In this document: positions 28,212-38,602 of the stretch, one piece after another
How the letters are laid out: each line of letters starts with the position of its first letter
Position numbering within the stretch: the first letter of the stretch is position 1
DNA from: a virus
Virus record (IMG/VR): IMGVR_UViG_3300027833_000016
Reading direction: 5' to 3' (one strand)
Length of the DNA stretch: 64,000 nt
Program-made: the position numbers and the translations under genes
Notes under the pieces: model-generated
The model's input: only the letters and a program-made list of their open reading frames with translations
The model's database searches: none
Told to the model about the DNA's origin: nothing

Positions 28212-29582
28212 ATGCCAGTAGTAACCGATACATTTAAAAAACAAGTCTTGGACGATCTCCTTGCTGATCAAGTCAATGCGTCCATAAGATATTATGCCGC
28301 AATTGGTAGATCAGAAGACTGGAACGATTCGGATGTGGCAACTGTTCCTACGAATGATGCCGCAAGTGCGCGAGATGCTCGTGGTGGTTTCCAATCACTC
28401 AAACTTATTGAGGATGCTTCTTATGTTATTCCTCGTAGAATTTGGATTGCTAACCTGATCTACTCTGCCTATGATGACAATGATGTTGGGTTCCCAGTGA
28501 ATCCTTTCTATGCTATCAACGCTAACAACGAGATCTACATTTGTTTGGAGCAGGGTAAGAAGCAGGATGGTACATCTCAGTTGTCTACCATTCAACCTAC
28601 AGGTAATACTATTGGTACTCCTTTCCGTACTGCGGATGGATACACTTGGAAATTCCTATACTCTATTGGTGCATTGAGAGCAGACAAGTTCTTATCCTCT
28701 GCATATCAACCAGTACGGTATGTTGCCTCAACTGACTCAGACAGTCCTGCCGAAGATCTTCAACAAGAGATCGTACAGAACAATGCAATTCCGGGACAGA
28801 TCGTAGGATACGCAATCACCAATGGTGGTTCGGGTTATACTTCTACTCCTACAGTAAGCATTATCGGTAACGGTACTAACGCAAGAGCATATGCAGTTAA
28901 GTCTGGCGAAGTAATCATCGACATTAAAGTTGTAGCAGATAGTTCTGGCAACTCTAGTGCGTCTTACTTCGGTAAAGACTATGACTATGCTAACGTAGTT
29001 ATTACTGGTGGTGGTGGTACCTCGTGTACTGCACGTCCTATTATAGGACAACGTGATGGTATCGGTGCTAACCCAGTAATTGATCTTAAATCAAATGGTA
29101 TGATGTTTAATACAAAACCAGAAGGAATAGAAGGTGGTGACTTTGTTACAGGTGATGAGATCTTCCGTCAAGTATCACTCGTTCGTAATCCTCGTGTTGA
29201 CTCTGCAAATGGGACTCTTCTCACTTCTACCACCGCTAGGGTTTTAGACAAGATTCGATTCAACTCTGGTGCGTTCTTGAAGTCTACTGTACAGAAGTCT
29301 ACCATTAGTGGTGCGACCTCTGGTGCTACAGCAATTCTTGATGACACAAATGATTCGGATACTGTATGGTATCACCAGAACACAACAACAGGATTTACGC
29401 CTTTCGCAGTAGGAGAAACTGTGTCGGTAGTTGGTAATGCATCTATCACTGGAGTTATTGCCGCAAAGACTCAGGGCGAAGCAGATCCTTACTCTGGAGA
29501 TCTCCTATATATAGATAACCGATCACCAGTAACACGATCTACCGACCAAACCGAAGACTTGAAAATAGTAATCACTATCTAG
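28212..29582 (+). CDS. gp8: baseplate wedge subunit gp8
   Basis: Y..IGR..DW, IPRR.W, YICL, DGYTWKFLY and GDLLYIDNR....R..DQTED.KI motifs. Confidence 0.88.
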   Translation: MPVVTDTFKKQVLDDLLADQVNASIRYYAAIGRSEDWNDSDVATVPTNDAASARDARGGFQSLKLIEDASYVIPRRIWIANLIYSAYDDNDVGFPVNPFYAINANNEIYICLEQGKKQDGTSQLSTIQPTGNTIGTPFRTADGYTWKFLYSIGALRADKFLSSAYQPVRYVASTDSDSPAEDLQQEIVQNNAIPGQIVGYAITNGGSGYTSTPTVSIIGNGTNARAYAVKSGEVIIDIKVVADSSGNSSASYFGKDYDYANVVITGGGGTSCTARPIIGQRDGIGANPVIDLKSNGMMFNTKPEGIEGGDFVTGDEIFRQVSLVRNPRVDSANGTLLTSTTARVLDKIRFNSGAFLKSTVQKSTISGATSGATAILDDTNDSDTVWYHQNTTTGFTPFAVGETVSVVGNASITGVIAAKTQGEADPYSGDLLYIDNRSPVTRSTDQTEDLKIVITI

Positions 29583-29591
29583 GATTAAGAA

Positions 29592-32500
29592 ATGCCAAAT
29601 ACGTTTACAGAACAGACAATGAGATCGACCTATAAGGACGATTATAAAGATAGTGATAATTACTCACAGATCTTATTCAACGCAGGTCGTGCGCTTCAAG
29701 CGCGTGAACTTACGCAGATGCAGACTATCATCCAGAAAGAAATCCAACGGTTTGCTAATAATGTATACACCAAAGACGGTGTGGCAACTCAGACTGGTGG
29801 TATAACTGTTCAGAACTGGCAGTTTGCCAAGATCTCGAATGATGCGAACAACACGTTCGATACTACTGATAACCTTAACGGTGTTGTCCTTACTGGTTCG
29901 GTGTCTAGCATTAAGGTAAAGGTTTACCGTGCAGTCGCGGCAACTGGTACTGATCCAGATACAATCTACATTCAGTATCTAGAAGATCCTACTGCTCGTA
30001 GTCCTGCTACTACTTTCCTAGAACCTGCTCGTGTAACTCCGGGAGAAGTTCTTTCTAATGGATCGAACATCAACCTGACAGTACAGACTACTAACACAAC
30101 TGTAAACCCTGCTATTGGTACTGCGTGTGCGGTAGAAGTCGGTTCTTCTGAATTCTATGTTAAAGGACACTTTGTATTTGCACCAAAGCAAGAGTTGATC
30201 GTATCTAAGTATTCGGCAGATGCAACGGCAGACATTGGTTATAAGATTGTACAAGATGTTGTTACTGTATCAGATACAGACGCATTATACGATAACCAGA
30301 ATGCAACTCCTAACCGTTCAAGTCCCGGTGCTGATAGACTACGAATCAGACTTACTTTGGCAAAACGATCATCATTGGTCGCAGGTGAGACCTTCGTATA
30401 CTATGCTACTATGTTCCGTGGTGTTATGGAGAACGAAGTAACTCAGACAGAAAACTATGGTTTCCATGATCATGTCGCTACACGCGTCCGTGAGATTCAT
30501 GGTGACTTCATTACAAAATATTGGAAGATTGGTATTGCTCCAGACGCAAATAGTACAACCAACTTCATCATGCGAGTAGATCCGGGAACTGCATATATTG
30601 ACGGTCACCGTATTGCTACTAAGCAAACTCAAAGTCTTATTGTTCCTCGTGCTACTGATACTATTGTTCGTGAAGAAGATCAGGTTGGTGTTGACTACGG
30701 CAACTACTTCTACTTCAACGATGGTGTTGGTATGTTGGATATCGATGTCTGTGAAGCAGTTAACCTTTATAAAGGTACGGCAGGTCAAGACTCAGTAATT
30801 GGTACTGCTAACATTCGTGCAATCACCGAAGGTTCTTCGGGTACAAGAGTAGATGGAAACTCTTACGATAGCGTACCTGCATATAAGGCACACCTATTCA
30901 ACATTAACCGTACTAACTTTAACTGGTCACTTGCAGACGTTTCGTCTATCAAGTCTGTTGCAAACACTCATTATGTCAATACTGTTAAGACAACTAGTAG
31001 TGGCAATGCGATTAACAGTGCGGCACTACTTCACGAACCAAAGAAGAATGCTTTAATCTTTGATACGCCTTTGCGTAGACCAAAGAACTTCTCTGATGTC
31101 ACTATGACATTTATGAAGAAGTATAACTTCACTTCTAGTGGTACCACTCACTTGATTAATCTAACTGATGCAGGTGAATCATTCGTTCGTGCTAGTGATG
31201 TGATTGTCGCATCTACTACAGATTTTAATCCGAACGGTGTATCTGCCGCGATCTCTACCGCAGGTAATAAGAGAATAACTTTCTCTGGTCTTACTGGTAG
31301 TGTCGCATACGAAGTTATCGTATTCATTAAGAAGACTAATGCTACTGTTAAGTCCAAGACCCTAACGTCTGCGACTGTTACTGCCGCATTGGATTCTGAT
31401 GGTCAAGGTCGTTACTACTTAGATCTTGGTCAATCAGATGTCTATAGTGTTGAACGTATTCGTAAGACTGACTCCGATGGATCAGATCTCTTTACTAACT
31501 TCTTGTTTGATGCAGGTAACCGTACTACTCACCAAGCAGATGGTAAGTTAATCTGGTCTGGTGGTGGTCTTGATAGTTCTACAGATGGTCAAGTCTTTGC
31601 TCGATACAAGTACTTCGCAAACTCTACCGCAGGTTCATTCTTTGCAGTCAACTCTTATGATGGTCAGTTAGACTATCTTGATGTTCCTGCTCAGAGTCTA
31701 CCTACTGGTGGCAAGGTATCTTTGCGTGACGCAATCGACTTCCGTCCTTCAATGAACGGTTCTGGTGCGTTTAGTGCAACTGATGTGCCACCTTTACCAG
31801 TACCATCTGATACAATTATCGCAGATGCCGAATACTACTTGCCTCGTGCAGACCGTTTGGTTATCTCAGACAAGAGCGAACTACGTTATATTACTGGTTC
31901 ATCTTCTCTTAATCCTAAGTTCCCTGACATTCCAGTGGATTGTATTGATCTTTATAAGGTTAAGTTAGGGGCGAACACTCTACACACCCAAGATCTCAAA
32001 ACAACTATTATCCCTCGTAAGGGATATACGATGCAAGACATCAACAAGTTGGAAGAGAAACTTGATCGTCTAGAAGAGATGACTACACTTTCATTACTTG
32101 AGTTGAACACTAAGTTCTTGCAGGTATTAGATAGTTCTGGTGTTGATCGTTCTAAGGCAGGTTTCTTTGTAGATAACTTCTCTAACCATTCCCACACTTC
32201 GATAGGGACTCATGTTGGTGGCGGTGGTAAGTCTTCGATTGATCCCCATGCTAAATTGATGCGTCCTACTTACTCAGAAGATGCTATCGATATGTACTAT
32301 GATAGTAATCACTCTCTACAGTTAAACACTGTTAAGAAGGGTGACTTCGTTACACTAGATTACTCTACGGTTGGATACCAATCACAAGAACTTGCATCTA
32401 ATACAGAGAACCTTGCACCATTCTATGTGCAGACTTCTATTGGCGCATTGTCAATATCTCCTGAAACTGATAACTGGTTTGATACACAGAAAATCGGTGA

Positions 32501-35500
32501 GACTGTTGTGGGTACTGCAACCGAACTAGACTTAACCCATGCTTTATCTTGGAACAACTCTGAGAACTCTTGGTATGGTGTTGATCCTAGTGAACTGGAT
32601 GTTGGTGATGCTTCTAACTCATTCGTCTCTGGTACTTCTACTCAGGTTACTCACAATTCATTAGACCCAATCCTCATTGGTACTCAGGTGAGTGAAAAAC
32701 TAGGTGAGTGGGTTAAAGTTGGTAACGTAACTGATGTCGAAACACTGTATACCGAGACAGTAGAAATCTCTAGGGAACGTGAAGAAGAAATCTCACGAAC
32801 TGTTATCGATTCATATTGGCAATCAATCGTGGACGGCACTTGGGAAGATTACTGGGGCGACTGGGAAGGTCACTGGGATGGCGCGAACTGGGATGGCGCG
32901 TATGGCGTAGGCACTGAGTTTTGGTATGGCGATTTCGGTCTAGGTGGAAATAGTTACGGTGGCGGTGGTCTTTATGGTTGGGGTGCTTTCGACTGGTCAT
33001 TCGAAGAAATCACTACAGATATGTGGGATGTTATTACTTCCGAAACAAGAGAGACTGTACGAACTGCTAACACTTCTACATACGAAGCAACTCGAACAAT
33101 CAATACAGAGAATACCTACGAAGGTACTGTAGAGACAACTACTGCCACAAGCACTTCAAGCACAGTAAACCGTGTTGCAAGTGAGTCAACTATTCGAGAC
33201 ATTATTGGTACTCGAATCGTAGATGTTGCAGTTATACCATTCATGCGTCCTATTAGAATCAACTTCAAAGCAGAAGGACTTCGTGCTAACACACAGTACT
33301 ACCCATTCTTTGACGGTGAGAACGTATCTACTTTCTGTAGAGAAGAGACTGTATACCAAACTTATGGTGACAAGTCTTATACTCTTGCACAAGGTGTTGA
33401 AGATGATGAGGGGACTCAACGTCCTACACAGGATCACTCACAGGGCAAGACTAACTTAGTCGCCAATGCAGACGGTGAGATCATAGGTTCTTTCGAAGTT
33501 CCTAACGGTACTCACATGAGATTCAAGACTGGTAGTCGAACCTTTGCACTGTATGATATTAATGCTTCGGATCGTCACTCTGCTATGTCTTTTGCTGAGA
33601 CAGTATTTACTTCGTCAGGTGTTTTGAATAAGACCGAAGATAACGTACAAGTAACTCGCATACTCAAGATTGTTGGTGGTTCGACTGTTTCAGTTGAAAC
33701 CTCTACGGCAGTTGAGAATACAGTATGGACAGAGAGTGTTGTAACTACCGAGGTTGCCACCGATGTTAAATCAACATCTACTACCACTGTAATTGCAGGG
33801 GATCAGTCAACTACGCGTGAACACGTCGATCAGACTGTTGTAGTGGACTACGGTTGGGGAACTTATCCAGTAGATCATACTACTGACACAGTAACTCCTC
33901 CCGGAGGTTCTGGTACACCAGAAACTCAACCACCAGAGCAAGTTCCTAACAGAAATAGAAGTAAAGGCAACCGAGGAATGCAACAATCGGGAGCAAGATA
34001 TGTCGATCCTATTGCACAGACTTTCCAAGTACTAGAAGCAGGTGGTATCTTCATGCCTAGTGCTGAAGTATACTTTGCAACTAAGGGTAGCACTTCGGTA
34101 AGATGTGAGATTCGTCCTGCTGTTCAGGGAAGACCTTCTTCTACTTCTATCTTGGCATTCAAGGTTCTTAAAGCAAGTGAAGTTAACTTGGTACCGGCAG
34201 GTTCTACAAACAAAGAGATGCTACAAAACTCTACTAAGTTTATATTTGACAATCCTCTGTTCCTTGCTCCGGGAGAATACTCAATTGTATTAATTCCTAC
34301 AGACAACAACCCAGACTATAATGTCTATGTTGGTACTGTTGGTGAGTTCCAGTTGGGATCATCTACTGCGTTTATCTCACAACAACCAACTCTGGGTGGA
34401 TTCTTTAAATCTCAGAACGGTAAGTTATGGGAACCATCTAGTGACATTGACTTATGTTACAGACTTAACTGTTGTCAGTTTGTTAGTAGCGGTAATGCGA
34501 TATTTGAGAACAGTAATGTATCACCACAAGCACTAGGCAAAGACCCATTACTTGTTGACTCAGGCAGTAACGTTCGAGTAATGTTACAGGGTCATGGTTT
34601 ACGCGCAGGTGATATGACTTGGATTCGTGGTATTGACTCCGCAACTAACTTTGGTAATGGTCTTACTGGTGCTGATGTAATTGGCCCTAGAACAGTCATC
34701 CAAGCAGATAACTCTGGTTACACATATGCCGCAGATGCTAACGTAACTTCTCGTAAGTGGTTCGGTGGTTCTTCTGTGACTTCACAACGTAACATTAACT
34801 TTGACAGACTCAAACCAATAATGAACTTAACTCAACCTTCTTCGACTAACATTACGTTGTCTATGAAGACTACTAGTCAATCTGCTCTGGCAGGTGATCA
34901 GATTAGGTTCGTAAAAGATAGTAAGTTTAATATTGTTGAGAACAACAAATGGATTGAGTTTGCTCAACCAAAAGCAATCTACAATAGACGTACCGAGAAC
35001 TTGACTGGTGCCGGTAAGTTAGCAGGTAATAGATCTGCTACTCTACAGGTTACTATGGCAACGACTAACCCATTCCTATCTCCAGTACTTGATCTGGAAG
35101 GAATGAGTCTGAATGCTTGTGCTAACTTGATATCTAAACAAGACTCTGCCGCAACTGTCGGTTACAATGTTCCGTTAACTTATGTATCAGAGAGATCACC
35201 TCTCAATGGTACCGAATCTGCGAAGCATATAACTAAGGTTACTACTCTAACAGATGCCGCAGTTGGTCTCAAGATATTACTTGCCGCTAACCGTCCTCCT
35301 GAGTCTGACTTCCAGATTTACTGGAGAGTGGCGAGTGCTTCAGATCCTATCCAGAAGATGGCATGGACTATTGCAGATGCAGAAGTATCCCCACAACCAG
35401 ATACGAACAAGAACGTGTTCCGTGAGTATCGTTACCTAGTAGGTGGTGAAGGTGGTACTATGAGTCCATTCACGCAGTTCCAAGTCAAGATTGTTATGCG

Positions 35501-35564
35501 ATCTACTAACAGTGCGAAATGTCCTACCTTCCGTGACTTACGCATAATGGCATTGGCAGTATAA
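29592..35564 (+). CDS. giant virion structural protein (DUF4815/VrlC-like)
   Basis: Y.DDY...NY.QILF..GRALQARELTQMQT, YTMQDI..LE.., GFFVDNF, DPIAQTF and FKSQNG motifs. Confidence 0.8.
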   Translation: MPNTFTEQTMRSTYKDDYKDSDNYSQILFNAGRALQARELTQMQTIIQKEIQRFANNVYTKDGVATQTGGITVQNWQFAKISNDANNTFDTTDNLNGVVLTGSVSSIKVKVYRAVAATGTDPDTIYIQYLEDPTARSPATTFLEPARVTPGEVLSNGSNINLTVQTTNTTVNPAIGTACAVEVGSSEFYVKGHFVFAPKQELIVSKYSADATADIGYKIVQDVVTVSDTDALYDNQNATPNRSSPGADRLRIRLTLAKRSSLVAGETFVYYATMFRGVMENEVTQTENYGFHDHVATRVREIHGDFITKYWKIGIAPDANSTTNFIMRVDPGTAYIDGHRIATKQTQSLIVPRATDTIVREEDQVGVDYGNYFYFNDGVGMLDIDVCEAVNLYKGTAGQDSVIGTANIRAITEGSSGTRVDGNSYDSVPAYKAHLFNINRTNFNWSLADVSSIKSVANTHYVNTVKTTSSGNAINSAALLHEPKKNALIFDTPLRRPKNFSDVTMTFMKKYNFTSSGTTHLINLTDAGESFVRASDVIVASTTDFNPNGVSAAISTAGNKRITFSGLTGSVAYEVIVFIKKTNATVKSKTLTSATVTAALDSDGQGRYYLDLGQSDVYSVERIRKTDSDGSDLFTNFLFDAGNRTTHQADGKLIWSGGGLDSSTDGQVFARYKYFANSTAGSFFAVNSYDGQLDYLDVPAQSLPTGGKVSLRDAIDFRPSMNGSGAFSATDVPPLPVPSDTIIADAEYYLPRADRLVISDKSELRYITGSSSLNPKFPDIPVDCIDLYKVKLGANTLHTQDLKTTIIPRKGYTMQDINKLEEKLDRLEEMTTLSLLELNTKFLQVLDSSGVDRSKAGFFVDNFSNHSHTSIGTHVGGGGKSSIDPHAKLMRPTYSEDAIDMYYDSNHSLQLNTVKKGDFVTLDYSTVGYQSQELASNTENLAPFYVQTSIGALSISPETDNWFDTQKIGETVVGTATELDLTHALSWNNSENSWYGVDPSELDVGDASNSFVSGTSTQVTHNSLDPILIGTQVSEKLGEWVKVGNVTDVETLYTETVEISREREEEISRTVIDSYWQSIVDGTWEDYWGDWEGHWDGANWDGAYGVGTEFWYGDFGLGGNSYGGGGLYGWGAFDWSFEEITTDMWDVITSETRETVRTANTSTYEATRTINTENTYEGTVETTTATSTSSTVNRVASESTIRDIIGTRIVDVAVIPFMRPIRINFKAEGLRANTQYYPFFDGENVSTFCREETVYQTYGDKSYTLAQGVEDDEGTQRPTQDHSQGKTNLVANADGEIIGSFEVPNGTHMRFKTGSRTFALYDINASDRHSAMSFAETVFTSSGVLNKTEDNVQVTRILKIVGGSTVSVETSTAVENTVWTESVVTTEVATDVKSTSTTTVIAGDQSTTREHVDQTVVVDYGWGTYPVDHTTDTVTPPGGSGTPETQPPEQVPNRNRSKGNRGMQQSGARYVDPIAQTFQVLEAGGIFMPSAEVYFATKGSTSVRCEIRPAVQGRPSSTSILAFKVLKASEVNLVPAGSTNKEMLQNSTKFIFDNPLFLAPGEYSIVLIPTDNNPDYNVYVGTVGEFQLGSSTAFISQQPTLGGFFKSQNGKLWEPSSDIDLCYRLNCCQFVSSGNAIFENSNVSPQALGKDPLLVDSGSNVRVMLQGHGLRAGDMTWIRGIDSATNFGNGLTGADVIGPRTVIQADNSGYTYAADANVTSRKWFGGSSVTSQRNINFDRLKPIMNLTQPSSTNITLSMKTTSQSALAGDQIRFVKDSKFNIVENNKWIEFAQPKAIYNRRTENLTGAGKLAGNRSATLQVTMATTNPFLSPVLDLEGMSLNACANLISKQDSAATVGYNVPLTYVSERSPLNGTESAKHITKVTTLTDAAVGLKILLAANRPPESDFQIYWRVASASDPIQKMAWTIADAEVSPQPDTNKNVFREYRYLVGGEGGTMSPFTQFQVKIVMRSTNSAKCPTFRDLRIMALAV

Positions 35565-35794
35565 TGAAACGCACATTGACTGCTGTAAAAGATGAACCCG
35601 ATTTTGCCAGAGATGGTGAGTCGGGTGGCATTATTAATATAAATAGAACTGAGATACAGAATGCTAAAGAACGGAAGAAGAACCGCCAAGCAAAACTTGC
35701 GGATGAAAAGAATCTGAAGGATAAGGTAAGTAATCTCGAAAATGATATGCGAGATATTAAATCCTTACTTTCACAACTAGTAGAGAAACTATAG
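35564..35794 (+). CDS. small coiled-coil protein typically following DUF4815 genes
   Basis: RD..SG.IIN.N motif and LENDMRDIKSLL. Confidence 0.75.
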   Translation: MKRTLTAVKDEPDFARDGESGGIININRTEIQNAKERKKNRQAKLADEKNLKDKVSNLENDMRDIKSLLSQLVEKL

Positions 35795-38590
35795 ATGTCA
35801 AGACCATTTACTAAATTATCAGACTCGTTTAAGATATTACGAGACAACCTGAATACGACATCGTATAACGTTGGCGATCCAGATAACTTACTTACTTATG
35901 GTGACAGTGATGTTGTCATGGCGATCAACGAGATCGAAAGAGTCTTTGATGCTTCGGCAGGTGAAATATTATATCCTACTGGTAATGCCCTACAAGGCGA
36001 GACTGCAACTCGACTATTGATTAGTACTGCACAAGCAAGTGGTACTGATATTCAAATGAATGTCGGAGCAAACTTCAACGTCAATGCAGTAGGTGATATT
36101 AACCTAGATGCAGGTGGAGCGAACATCAACTTCCTTGATGATTCGGTTGCACGTTTCAACTTTACATTGGGTGGAACTAACGTAGTAGACGTTACTGGTA
36201 TCCTTGACCTTAATATTTCAAGTGACCTAGATGCAGATATTGCAGGTAACTCAATACTTACAACTACTGGATCTCAAACTCAAGAGGGTACATCCCTTAA
36301 CTTAGACTTCTCTGGTGATATCACCTTAGATGCTGATGGTCAAAACATCATCTTTAAGAATGGCGTAGGCGGTGATACAGTAACGCATACTCTTCTCGAC
36401 AATGCAAAGTACACTATTGCCGCACCTGATGACTACACTATTGATGCTGTAGGAGATATAGTACTTGATGCGGGTGGAGACAATATAACACTGAAGGATT
36501 CAGGTACTACTCGTATCGGTTATACCCTTGGTGCTACAAATACTATTACGACTACTGGCAACTTAACAAACAATACGTCTGGTGCAGTAGTTGATTCTGC
36601 CGCATCATACACAGGTACATTCACTGGTGCATATGCTACTACCGCAGGTGGTAATCAAACTGCCACAGTGGGTGGTAACTATGTCCTAGATGCAAACGGT
36701 GACATAACCCTAGACGCGAACGGTAATGATATTATCCTTCGTGATGGTGCAGATGATCGAATCAAACACACACTTGGTGCTACTAACACTACTGCCGTGA
36801 CAGGTAACTATACTGTCGATGCGTCTGGAGACATTGTTCTCGATGCAGGTGGTAATGACTTAGACATTAAAGGTGCAGGTACTACTCGTTTCGCATATGG
36901 TCTTGGTACTAGTAACACAATAGATGTTACAGGAAACTTAACACAGACTATTGCAGGTGCTTATTCAGATAGTGCTACTGGTGCTTATCATATTGGTGCT
37001 ACTGGCGCACTTGACATTGTTAGCGCGTCAACTTTAGTAACTAGTTCTAAGGCACAGACTCACACATCTAACGGTGCATATAACGTCAATGTAACAGGTG
37101 CCGCTAAGATTGCCGCATCAACTACTATCACATTAGACGCGGCAGGGGATATTATCCTTGACGCGGCAGGTGATGACGTAATCCTTAAAGATGCAGGGAC
37201 AGAGTACGGAAGATTCAAACACGCAGGTGCCAATCAATTAGGTATCTACTCTAATGGTATCCTGACTGCAACACTGAATGACTCAGACATTGTATTCAAC
37301 AACGATGTTAACATTGAGAATGATCTTGATGTAGACCGTGACTTGAATGTTGATCGTAACACTACCTTAAATGGTAATGTTGATCTGGGTAATGCTACTG
37401 GAGATACTATCTCTTTCCTTGGTCGTGTTGATACAAACATCGTACCAAGCACAGACGGTACTCGTGACCTTGGTTCTGCCTCACTAGAGATGCGACATGG
37501 TTTCTTCGATGGAACAGTAACTACTGATAGTCTTGTCACAGACAGTGCAGACATTGCTAACTTTAATGTTGTTTCCAATACAATAAGTAATCCTAATGCA
37601 GTGACCCTAGATGGTGGTAATGCCATTAATCTAGACACTCATACTGGTTCGTTGACAATGAAGAAAGCAGGGACTACTCGTCTTGCATATACGCTTGCCG
37701 CGAACAACGTATTAAATGCGACTGGTAGTTTGACTACTAATGCTACTACCCTGATAAAGGACTCTGCTACTACTAGTCACACAACTGTAGCAGGTACTTC
37801 GATAGTACATACCGCAGGTACCACACTGACTAATACGTCTGGTGGTGCAATGCAACAAACGTCTGGTGGAAACTGGACTGCGACTGTAACAGGTGCCGCT
37901 AAGATAGATGCGTCAACTACCATCACATTAGATGCGAATACAGACATTGTTCTTGATGCAAATGGTGGTGACGTATATCTCAAAGACAACGGAACACAGT
38001 TTGGTCGATTCCAAAACAGTAGCAACCAGTTAGATATATACTCTGGGACTACACTTGCAGTAGCAATGGACGCAAGCAAAGTAGAGATTCATGGTCGCGC
38101 ATTCTTCGTAGACAGTGGCGTGAATACTGTTGCACAGAACATAGCAGGTTCTATCAATGAGATACATACCCAGTTAGATTCGGCAGTATCAGAGATCCTT
38201 GTTAACAAGGGAAACATTGCTACCAATGATGCAGAACTTGCAGATCATCTTTCAAGACTTGATTCTGATAGTACTCAGTTGGCAGTTAACATTGGAAGAC
38301 TCGATTCTGATAGTACTCAGTTGGCAGTTAACATTGGAAGACTTGATTCTGATGCTACTTTCTTGCAGTCTAACCTTGGTAAGATAGACACTAATACAGC
38401 AAACATAGCGACTAACGTAAGTAACATTACTGCTGTCAATACTTTGGTAGGAACTCTGAATACATTAGATTCTTCTGCTCCGGGCGGTTTCTTCAAAGGT
38501 ATAAATAATGATAGTATCGTTAAAGCGTTAAATGAACTGGCAACTAGAACTGTCCTTATCTATGACGAAAGCGGTACTCTTCTAAACTAA
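35795..38590 (+). CDS. tail fibre-like structural protein with LDA.G.DI beta repeats
   Basis: Repeated GDI.LDA.G..I..K units, C-terminal coiled coil, ends in LIYDESGTLLN. Confidence 0.7.
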   Translation: MSRPFTKLSDSFKILRDNLNTTSYNVGDPDNLLTYGDSDVVMAINEIERVFDASAGEILYPTGNALQGETATRLLISTAQASGTDIQMNVGANFNVNAVGDINLDAGGANINFLDDSVARFNFTLGGTNVVDVTGILDLNISSDLDADIAGNSILTTTGSQTQEGTSLNLDFSGDITLDADGQNIIFKNGVGGDTVTHTLLDNAKYTIAAPDDYTIDAVGDIVLDAGGDNITLKDSGTTRIGYTLGATNTITTTGNLTNNTSGAVVDSAASYTGTFTGAYATTAGGNQTATVGGNYVLDANGDITLDANGNDIILRDGADDRIKHTLGATNTTAVTGNYTVDASGDIVLDAGGNDLDIKGAGTTRFAYGLGTSNTIDVTGNLTQTIAGAYSDSATGAYHIGATGALDIVSASTLVTSSKAQTHTSNGAYNVNVTGAAKIAASTTITLDAAGDIILDAAGDDVILKDAGTEYGRFKHAGANQLGIYSNGILTATLNDSDIVFNNDVNIENDLDVDRDLNVDRNTTLNGNVDLGNATGDTISFLGRVDTNIVPSTDGTRDLGSASLEMRHGFFDGTVTTDSLVTDSADIANFNVVSNTISNPNAVTLDGGNAINLDTHTGSLTMKKAGTTRLAYTLAANNVLNATGSLTTNATTLIKDSATTSHTTVAGTSIVHTAGTTLTNTSGGAMQQTSGGNWTATVTGAAKIDASTTITLDANTDIVLDANGGDVYLKDNGTQFGRFQNSSNQLDIYSGTTLAVAMDASKVEIHGRAFFVDSGVNTVAQNIAGSINEIHTQLDSAVSEILVNKGNIATNDAELADHLSRLDSDSTQLAVNIGRLDSDSTQLAVNIGRLDSDATFLQSNLGKIDTNTANIATNVSNITAVNTLVGTLNTLDSSAPGGFFKGINNDSIVKALNELATRTVLIYDESGTLLN
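38254..38353. repeat. 42-bp tandem repeat (about 2.4 copies) encoding RLDSDSTQLAVNIG
   Basis: GATTCTGATAGTACTCAGTTGGCAGTTAACATTGGAAGAC occurs twice. Confidence 0.9.
38500..38507 (+). promoter_or_regulatory. late promoter TATAAATA upstream of repeat protein 1
   Basis: Exact consensus about 95 nt before ATG 38603, inside the upstream CDS. Confidence 0.55.
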
Positions 38591-38602
38591 GTAGGAAAGA
38601 GA

